Shown here piece after piece: positions 22,275 through 32,500 of a stretch of 64,000 nt of DNA (positions within the stretch are counted from its first letter, which is position 1; each line of letters starts with the position of its first letter). A program made the translations under genes and the position numbers. The stretch spans positions 496,001-560,000 of the forward strand of contig NIVC01000186.1 of assembly GCA_002269645.1 (NCBI GenBank), given 5' to 3'. Below the pieces are notes generated by a model. It saw only the letters and a program-made list of their open reading frames with translations. It was not told the origin of the DNA and searched no databases. The DNA comes from Macrostomum lignano. Its lineage: Eukaryota.

Positions 22275-23569
22275 GGAATATAAGATCTATGGTCAGACCT
22301 CATGTGTGCTCAACCAGGAAGCGCATTGTCTAGCAATTTGACGATCATTATTCGCATTTTTTATGCAGAACAATACATTCCTACAAACAATGCATTGTCA
22401 GGCAGCATAACAATGCAAAGAATTATTTATTTAATAAATAATCACGCACAATGGATTATTTATCCATTGTGTGTGAGCAAACCGAATTGCTGCACTTTTG
22501 GCAAACGTGATGACATCCATGCCTGACTCAGCCCTTAGGCGGTGTTTTCACCATAGACGAAAGTAGAAGCATTGGTTGAATACGATTGACAGCGTTTTTA
22601 AATGAATTCTTTAATTCTTAAATAAAATGAGTTATGCTTTGTAATTACATTGATACATTAAATTTATCTAGCTTTAACCTAAATTGCTAGTCTATCTACA
22701 TCTTAAACCAAAACCACACCTGTTAAAATTACACACTGGATTAATAAGCATCCGCATTATTGTAAATCATAGAGACGTACATTGATTTGATTGGCTAAGA
22801 CATGTTATTTCACCTTGGACTGGATTAAATTTTCATAAATAAACAATATACTTTGTATGTTATGAAAAGGCAACGAGTTGTATAAAAAAGGTAAATGGGA
22901 ACAAAATTTGTCTGACACTGTGGGGAACTTGTTTTTCTTTTTGAATTTCTGTGGAAGATAAGGCGCATTTCTGGTTTAGCCAATCTAGAAATTAATATTT
23001 TTGTCAAAGCAACAAAATAACGCCAATATATACGCGTAACTATATACCTACAATGGGGTGCTTCAAAAATCAAGATAACTTTTTTGTCATAACTTTTGTC
23101 TGGGTGAACTTTTGATGGTTCCTTAGCCTCGCTTAAAAGCACTTTTTTAGTCCTGACTTTCCTGCATGCGTAATGGGAACTTTTCCCAGTTCAGAAAGAG
23201 GAGCAGTCTCAGAAGCCTTAGACCATAGACGAAACAGTTTAATTTTTTAATCGCGAGGTCTGGACTTTAATGCAAGATTGCTCGTAATCATGCAGGTCCA
23301 TATTTGCAAAATATATCCGGGATCCAGGATTTTTTAAAAATAAGTCTAACGATGGGTTCACCCATTCAAAATTTTTAAGAACATTCTCACTACCAAAATG
23401 AATTTGCGCAGCCCGCAAAAAAATTTGGAAAAAGGCAACAGCTGTGGATGAGGAAGAAAAAAGGAATTCAAACAAAAAATTGTTAAGGCAAAAGCTGAAA
23501 TTTTGAGGGCCTGAAAGTAATGCATGTGAAAGCTGTTCTTGTTAAACCATCACCTTGTCCTGATGCTGT

Positions 23570-26500
23570 TTAGTCCGCTGACCGTTCGCTTGTTTTCGAG
23601 CTGGCGCTGACGCCTCTTGGAGCCGTGTCTGAGAAAATGCCTTCGCAAAATATCTCCAGCATGTTGGCGTAGCAGCTGCAGGTGGAGGCATGAACTTAAG
23701 ACCTCAACGATTGTTCTTTCAGTAGTTGCATTTTGACACTCAAAGCCCAGGCCTTTGCACTAACTCCAAATTAATTAAATATGGCCCCTACGCGGAATCA
23801 AACTCAGGAACATCAGCACTCCGACTTCGAGTCGGACGCGATATCATTCCGTTACTCGGCAAAATATTTCCTGCCCCTCCTCAATCCTTGCCCCTCCTCA
23901 CTCCCTGCCCCTCCTCACTCCCTGCCCCTCCTCACTCCCTGTCCCTCCTCACTCCCTGCCCCTCCTCGCTGCCTGCCCCTCCTCAATCCTTGCCCCTCCT
24001 CACTCCCTGCCCCTCCTCACTCCCTGCCCCTCCTCACTCCCTGTCCCTCCTCACTCCCTGCCCCTCCTCGCTGCCTGCCCCTCCTCACTCCCTGACCCTG
24101 CTCACTCCCTGACCCTCCTCACTCCCTGCCCCTCCTCACTCCCTGACCCTCCTCACTCCCTGCCCCTCCTCACTCCCTGTCCCTCCTCACTCCCTGCCCC
24201 TCCTCACTCCCTGCCTCTCCTCACTCCTTGCCCCTCCTCACTCCCTGCCCTCATCACTCCCTGCCCCTCCTTACTCCCTGCCCCTCCTCACTCCTTGCCC
24301 CTCCTCACTCCCTGCCCCTCCTCACTCCCTGCCCCTCCTCACTCCTTGCCCCTCCTCACTGCCTGCCCCTCCTCACTGCCTGCCCCTCCTCCACTCCCTG
24401 CCCCTCCTCACTCTCTGCCCCACCACCCCAACTGCACTCACTGAAATTCCAGCTCCAACTCGTCGATAAGCGAGAAGTCCAAATTCCATTTCGAACGCAA
24501 TTTTGCATCCTCCTTCATCGCTCGCCTGTTCATCTTTTCCATTTGTTTGCGAATGCGACGTTGCTGCTCAATTTCTGACGGCAGGCGCGTCGGCGCCACG
24601 TAGCTGGGATCGGCGCTGCTCGGGCCGGGGGTCGTGTGCAGCAGCTTCGCCAGCCGTGATTTCTTCTTCTTTTTCGGCTTCTTAGCGGGTTCGTCAGTGT
24701 CGGCGCCTTTTGCGCTACCCGGCTTTTTCTCGTCGCCGTCGGCTGCTGTTGCTGCTGCCCGGCTGCCCGCTTCTGATTGGTTAGCACCGTTAGCCTGGAT
24801 GAAGGGGGTGTTGGAGAATAGATGATTGGCTGGTTGGTATCCATTTTTCGACCCTCCTTCGGGGACTTATAGAGGGAATATGAGGGATAGGAAAGTGGGG
24901 GTAGGAATTAGGAGGGGTAGCAAAGTGGGGGTCGGAATTAGGAGGGGTAGAAAAGTTGGGGTCGGAATTAGGAGGGGTAGAAAAGTTGGGGTCGGAATTA
25001 GGAGGGGTAGAAAAGTGGGGGTTAGGAATTATGAGGGGTAGAAAAGTGGGGGTATGAATTAGGAGGGGTAGAAAAGTGGGGGTCGGAATTAGGAGGAGTA
25101 GCAAAGTGGGGGTAGGAATTAGGAGGGGTAGCAAAGTGGGGGTAGGAATTAGGAGGGGTAGCAAAGTGGGGGTAGGAATTAGGAGGGGTAGCAAAGTGGG
25201 GGTCGGAATTAGGAGGGGTAGCAAAGTGGGGGTCGGAATTAGGAGGGGTAGCAAAGTGGGGGTCGGAATTAGGAGGGGTAGCAAAGTGGGGGTAGGAATT
25301 GTCAGAGTCAGTGAAATCTGGATTCAAAGTTTGGTGAAGATAAATTGTGTAGGAAGGACAATCAGAAAATTGTAAAAATTGACGAAATTTTGGCGTCAAA
25401 ACATTCGACTAAAAACCACGTTTTGGTCAAATCAGCGAAAACAGAAAACATAACTCGTACATTATTTTGTACTTTGTACAGACATAACAAATTATTGTAT
25501 TCAATTTGCCTCTGCATTATTCAGCCTCGGGGAAAAAATTAAATTTCATTTCTACTCGACCGAGGCAATAATTCACGAGCTATTGTTGTTAAGGCGGCGA
25601 GATCAAAAGCGCCGACAGGAACGCTAGCTATGGGGTCGAGTTTCTATATACTCGTAGAAGGTAGTACGTAATAAAACTGTATTCAATTTCAAAATAAAAA
25701 TTTTGACGCACGCCGCGCAGTTGAACAACTTAAGAATTCATGTATAATACTCGTACATGTATAAAGGCCGGTGGCGGCCCAGAGATATGATGATCTTATC
25801 AATTAACGATCTTTGGCTTTGAGTTGTGAATGACTGGCTCAAATGGCTTCTAGAATACAACTAATCCTGTGGTTATTCCATGCCGTGTATTAAGTTTCCT
25901 GAAAAATTGTCTGTTCAACTCAGCAAACCCCGCAGACATCCTTGAGCTGACTCACTGCTCCAGCGTCAGCGGCCTCCTCTTCATCCTCGTCGGAGCTGTC
26001 GCAGAGAATGTTTGCGAGAGATTGTCGCCGACCAGCGCCAGTCAGCACGGAGGAGCGCCGACGCCCGTTCGTCGCCGAGGTGGCCATGGCACCGGCAGGC
26101 GATGGAGAATCACCGAGTGCGTCGTCGCTGGAGTCGGAGTCGTCCTGGAATTGAGACCGGTGTGGCATCGACTGATCAACGCTTTGCTTAACCCTACCTC
26201 ACTCCCTGGCTCTCCTCACTCCCTGCCTTTCCTCACTCCCTGACCCTCCTCACTCCCTGCCCCTCCTCACTCCCTGCCCCTCCTCACTCCCTGCCCCTCC
26301 TCACTCCCTGCCCCTCCTCACTCCCTGCCCCTCCTCACTCCCTGCCCCTCCTCACTCCCTGCCTTTCCTCACTCCCTGACCCTCCTCACTCCCTGCCCCT
26401 CCTCACTCCCTGCCCCTCCTCACTCCCTGCCCCTCCTCACTCCCTGCCCCTCCTCACTCCCTGCCCCTCCTCACTCCCTGCCCCTCCTCACTCCCTGCCC

Positions 26501-29500
26501 CTCCTCGCTGCCTGCCCCTCCTCACTCCCTGACCCTGCTCACTCCCTGACCCTCCTCACTCCCTGCCCCTCCTCACTCCTGACCCTCCTCACTCCCTTCC
26601 TCTCCTCACTCCCTGCCCCTCCTCACTCCCTGCCCCTCCTCGCTGCCCTGCCGGGGATTTCTGGAAAGTTCCGGGATTTTGACTTCCCTAGTACTTGTGC
26701 AAACTTAGAAACATAAAATTGCTTCTCTAGCAGCGTGAAAAATCGTTAACTACAGCTCACTGAAAATGAAAATTTTACACCGTTTTACACCAAACTTTAC
26801 ACCGAATTTTACACCAAAATTTCACACTATTTCTCAAATTTACAATACTAATGGACAATCAAAGTAAATTTCCTTTCCTTTCTGTTTCGGCGAGACATAC
26901 TAAGTCAATGTGTATGCTTTTATTATCAATACAGCTAGAGAATACTTTGCGCCTTTTAAGTTCAATTTTTGCTGACGAAACCCGCATACTGGAGAGCTGG
27001 ACACGAGACAAGACTCTAAGTACACCCGACAATTGACGACAAATGAAGAGTGAGAAAATGACCCTTTGATTAGCGATTTCTATTCACAAGATTGTCGGGG
27101 TTGCACAGAGATACAGATTACAGAACTTTGTAACGAATTCAGATTCAACTTCAAAGTCCAAGTCTGTCAGGTTCAATCAGTTGAATTTCTGATTAAAGCG
27201 ACTTTCGACTAATCGTGAAGAGGCAGCACTGGAGTAACTTGTTGAAAGATAAGGTTAAGTTATAGGGTGTACCAATACAAATGTTGTACACAGTGAGTAG
27301 TAGAAGCAGGTCATAGCTTTATCGCACCAGATGGCCACTTGGCCCCGGAGGAGAGAGAGAGAAAAATGGAAAATTTCAGATAAGTCAAGAGCACGCATTC
27401 ACGCTTTGACCGCATGGTTTGATTTGAGCGCACAAATTCTGAATGATTAGCACTAAGAAAGTTTGCTAAATTCTTATTTTTAATTTATTTATATGCAAGC
27501 GTGTACCACAAGACCTGAGTTTTACGATTTTTAAGCTAACGAGTATTATTACACCAGAGCAGTGAAAATTACGGAGTGGGGTGGGTGTCGCGGCAGGATC
27601 TATAAGCATTTAACTATCAGCCCACCCCCTCCTGGTTCGCCGTGACCTTGAACAGCACCCACCCCCTCCCCCTCCCCTGTGGCTTTATAACCGGCCGGCG
27701 GAGAATCACGTGGCCCGCACTGAATCAAATCTGTTTAAAGCCGCAACATTAAGGCCCAGTCCAAAGTTAAAGACCGCCAAGCCAAGGCAGAACCTACTCT
27801 GTTCACAGCCGCACTGTCCAAACCGCAACCAGCTGCCCTAAGCCGGATTATTTCGTTGAAAAATACTGTTTAATAAAGTTCAACTAGAGTCGCATTGAGC
27901 CAAATTTAACTCAGCTAGGCCGTCACTCATGGGCGCAACTGGCTGCAAACCAGCCAAATCACCGAACGGCATATACAACGACGACGAGCAACCTGAGCAG
28001 GTTGAGTCGGTTAGCATCGGCAAAGGTGTCCGAGTGCACCAGTTGGACGGTAACAATTTTCTCGGCCGGCTAGAGGACGCGGCCAGGATGAGCTGTCGCA
28101 GTCAAGGTCTTTGGCGACGTCGCAGTTCGTTATCTAGCGCGCCGAAGACCTGCTCAGCTAAGGGTTCGGCAGTAACTGGAACATCTTCGTCTGCTAGGAG
28201 CTCTTGCTATTCGGAGCTGTCTTCCAGTGTCTGGCAGCAGCAGCAACAACAGCAGCAGCAACCGCAAAAGCAACCTCAGCAGCAGCAGCAACCGCAAAAG
28301 CAACCTCAGCAGCAGCAGCAACAGCAGCCGCCGCAGTCTCCAGCGGCTGCCAATTCAAACCGACGGCTCCTGCGGCAGCATTTCCTGAGCATTGCTCCGA
28401 CCGGCGCGGGCACCACGATGGCGCCGCCAAGCAGCCGGTCGTTGGACTGCGGCGGTCAGGTCGACCGCAAGAGCGGGTCATCCTCGCCAGACCCAGAGTC
28501 GACGGAGCCCGAAGCCGAGGTCGACGCCAGCCGGATGGACCTGACCACACTGCTGCTGCAGGGCTTCGATCCGACCGCTTATGAGCAGCGGCTGGCCGAA
28601 CGGAGGCTGGCAAAGTTCACCGGGAGAAGCCGGAGGCAGCCCAGGTCTATCCTGGCCTCCACGCTGACAAAGACCGAAGCTACTGCTGGCGGTACAGCAG
28701 CGGCAGCCACTGCAGCAGCGGAGATACCCGGCTGAGGTGTAGGCCCCACAAACACAAAGTACCAAGAATGGAGGTATTTGGACTCATTTACTCTCGGCAC
28801 ACTTAGACGACCCAACGCGGCAATCCGAAACTTTTTTGGTAAATTAAATCGATTTCAAATTCGGGTTAAAGAAGAGTTTTTGTAAAACAAAAATCTATTA
28901 AACACCGGTAAAATACCCTTTAAATATCTAAAAGGTTAGCATAACATGCTTTAACAGTATTGAAACCTTGTTTGTTTAACAGTGTTGCCTCTTCGATTTA
29001 CCGAACGAAACTAACTTGATGTTGGCGGATCGCCCCCTCCCCAATGCGTTTTTAGCAATTAATTAAGCTATTTAGCTTATTTTATATATTTTTAAGCTAA
29101 CATTGTGCTGCTTTTACAGCTAAGAATAGCTTCAATTTGCTAGTTAGCACTGTAACTTTCTAGTAACCCGTGCGTGTATCAATTTGACCATCTAATAAGG
29201 AGAGGAGCCTCCACACAAGGTGTTTCAATTGAGTCCTGTACATATCGAAGCCTGCTTGGCATTTATGTTAATTTTCCTCCTCATTCCTTGGATTCTACAG
29301 GCTGATTCCGATTGCCGTGGTTAGGCTTGTCCCCCTAAATACTTAATTTAATTTTTAGAGCTAAATTTATAGCACCTTTCTAATTGGATTAATCCAGTTT
29401 ACCTGGTTCAGCTACAAATTCGCACGCCATATTGGTTTTGGTTTCTCTGATTGTGATTCATTTGACTGGTTACTAGAGTGTTTAAAAAACTCCGCCTGTC

Positions 29501-32500
29501 ACGTTATAATTTATGTCACAAACTCGTGTCATTGTCATAGGCTCATCTATGGTTTATACTCTGACCTGTTTAGTATTTTTTATCATGTACTATTTTTTGT
29601 CAAACAACTTTTCGCTAACAAAATAAGAGCGAGTATGCAATTTCATCGGCGGAATCAACGGCCATCCGAATCATAAATCGATTCGGTATTAAATTTTATA
29701 AGCAAACAAAACTACTTAAGTAGCTACATGCGCTTCATTTATTATTTTTTTAAAATGGATATCTGTATGTGATACAGGGAAATGGTCCTGGCAACTCACA
29801 TTGAGCAGATCGATAACCATTTCGGAACTATTAGAGTCCTGCCCAGCCGAGCGCAGTCGTTGCAAATTGCTTTTAGCGTCTAGTTCGAGTTCGTCGCACT
29901 GCTCAGGCGCGTTCCAGGTGCGCGAGCGAGGCTGAAATCGGATCGCTGTGCACCGGATCGACTCCACGAATGGAAGCTCCAGCTGGGGTGGGTTCGAAAT
30001 TCAGAAGTGAAAGAGATTCATTCAGTTTGTTTCGGCGATGCAAGAAACCTCCCTTAGCGAATAATTCTCGTTCCTGCGCCCGCCTCTCCCTGCCCCAAAG
30101 CATAGCCCCCCATTCCTGAACCCACCTCACTCCCTGCCCCAAAGCACAGCCCCCCATTCCTGAACCCACCTCACTCCCTGCCCCAAGGTACAGCCCATAT
30201 TCCTGCACTCACCTCACTCCTGCCCTAAAGAACAGCCCCCATTCTTGCGCCCACCTCACTCCCTGCACCAAGGCACAGCCCCATTCCCTGCACCCACCTC
30301 ACTCCCTGCCCCAATGTGTACAGCCCCCATTCCTCTGTCCACCTTACTTCCTGCCCCAAAGCACAGCCCCCCATTCCTGAACCCACCTCACTCCCTGCCT
30401 CAAGGCACAGCCCATATTCCTGCACTCATCTCACTCCTGCCCTAAAGAACAGCCCCCATTCTTGCGCCCACCTCACTCCCTGCACCAAGGCACAGCCCCC
30501 CATTCCTCTGCCCACCTTACTCCCTGCCCCAAAGCACAGCTCCCATTCCTATGCCCACCCTGTCCCAAAGCACAAGTACACCCAGATTAAAAAAATTCCC
30601 ACTGGCAGCCAGAAATCGCTGGCTCACATGGTGACTCTTGGCGGAGGAGCCGCCTAACGACTTGACAAATCTTGCCACCTCCTTTTTTCGCGCCTCGGAC
30701 ACCAGCACGAGGTCCATGCAGCCGTCGTTTCGATGGGCGAACCGAGACAGTCCCTGGGGACAGTTTTCCGACATGCCGGCCAGAGAGTAGACTCCCACCC
30801 AGCTATAGTCACCTTTCAGATTGAGCCAGGCGTCCCTGCCAACCAGCTCTAAATATCGGGGTGAAACAATTCATTTTTCACCACCAGAAAAACCCAAGCG
30901 AAAATCATTAACAACTGCTTATAGTAGTATATGCATGCAAGGAAATGACTTCTAAATCATCTATAAGTAACCACTGAACTAGCAACAAATAATACAATTG
31001 CAGACTGAGATCCAAGCACAGCCAGGCACATGTTGAAGTTTTACCACTTGAGAGAAATGTCTTTGTTATGCTTGTTGCTGCTAAAGCCGAGAATTTCTCG
31101 ACTTGACAACTATTTTTTTATCGACAAACAGCGTTGGATTCTAAAGCTGCTCACCAATCAAGCTGTCGCTATTATTGGACGAATTCAACGGGTCGAATTC
31201 TTGCACCGAATCGGACTCGCCTTCGCTCTGCCGACGGTGCTTGCTGGACTCCACCGACTGGCACACGGGGCAGCTGCGGTAGTGTTGACCGATATGTATC
31301 GAAAATTAACTTTGTCCACTTTTGAAAATTTACCGATTTTTTGCTTTTTGCTTTTAACAGCTTCGTTTAGCTACTCGTATCAAGTAGAAATATAAGAACA
31401 CGCAAACTATACTAAAGAAAACTGGAAAAATTACCGCGAGAAGCAGCAAGTGCCATCGGTTGGATGGCTTAGCTCAGCGTTGGCTGACGGTCGGTACTGC
31501 AGGTCGCAGGGATAGGCCATGAAAGTTTTCTTGTCCAGCGCTCTGGACATCGCCTTCTCGTACTTGGAGTCGTAGAACAGTTTGTACTTCTCCAGGTACT
31601 TCAGGGTGGAGCTGGGCAACCCGTAGCTGGCGTTGAAGCACCAGCGCAGGAATTTGAAGTCGCCACTGCTTCCAGACTCTCTGGCCAACACCTGGACACA
31701 GTTCACCTTCTTCACGTGACCTGGGTGAGAAAATTGGATAGGGTTGCAAATAATGAGGATCCAATGAGCAGGGTCACAGGTGAGAAGGGTCTAATGAGCA
31801 GGGTCACAGGTGAGAATGGTTCAATGAGCAGGGTCACAGCTAGGTGAGAAGGGTCTAATGAGCAGGGTCACAGGTGAGAAGGGTTCAATGAGCAGGGTCA
31901 CAGCTAGGTGAGAAGGGTCTAATGAGCAGGGTCACAGGTGAAAAGGGTTCAATGAGCAGGGTCACAGGTGAGAAGGGTCTAATGAGCAGGGTCACAAGTG
32001 AGAAGGGTCCAATAAGCAGGGTCACAGGTGAGAAGGGTCTAATGAGCAGGGTCACAGGTGAGAAGGGTCCAATGAGCAGGGTCACAGGTGAGAAGGGTTC
32101 AATGAGCAGGGTCACAAGTGAGAAGGGTCCAATAAGCAGGGTCACAGGTGAGAAGGGTCTAATGAGCAGGGTCACAGGTGAGAAGGGTCTAATGAGCAGG
32201 GTCACAGGTGAGAAGGGTCCAATGAGCAGGGTCACAGGTGAGAAGGGTCTAATGAGCAGGGTCACAGGTGAGAAGGGTCCAATGAGCAGGGTCACAGGTG
32301 AGAAGGGTCTAATGAGCAGGGTCACAGGTGAGAAGGGTCTAATGAGCAGGGTCACAAGTGAGAAGGGTCCAATGAGCAGGGTCACAGGTGAGAAGGGTCC
32401 AATGAGCAGGGTCACAGGTGAGAAGGGTCTAATGAGCAGGGTCACAGGTGAGAAGGGTCTAATGAGCAGGGTCACAAGTGAGAAGGGTCCAATGAGCAGG

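Noticed and set aside
25516-25572. Hairpin ATTATT(CA)GCCTCGG / CCGAGGCAATAAT
   Set aside because: Short isolated inverted repeat, possibly a TE end, with no partner or TSD identified.
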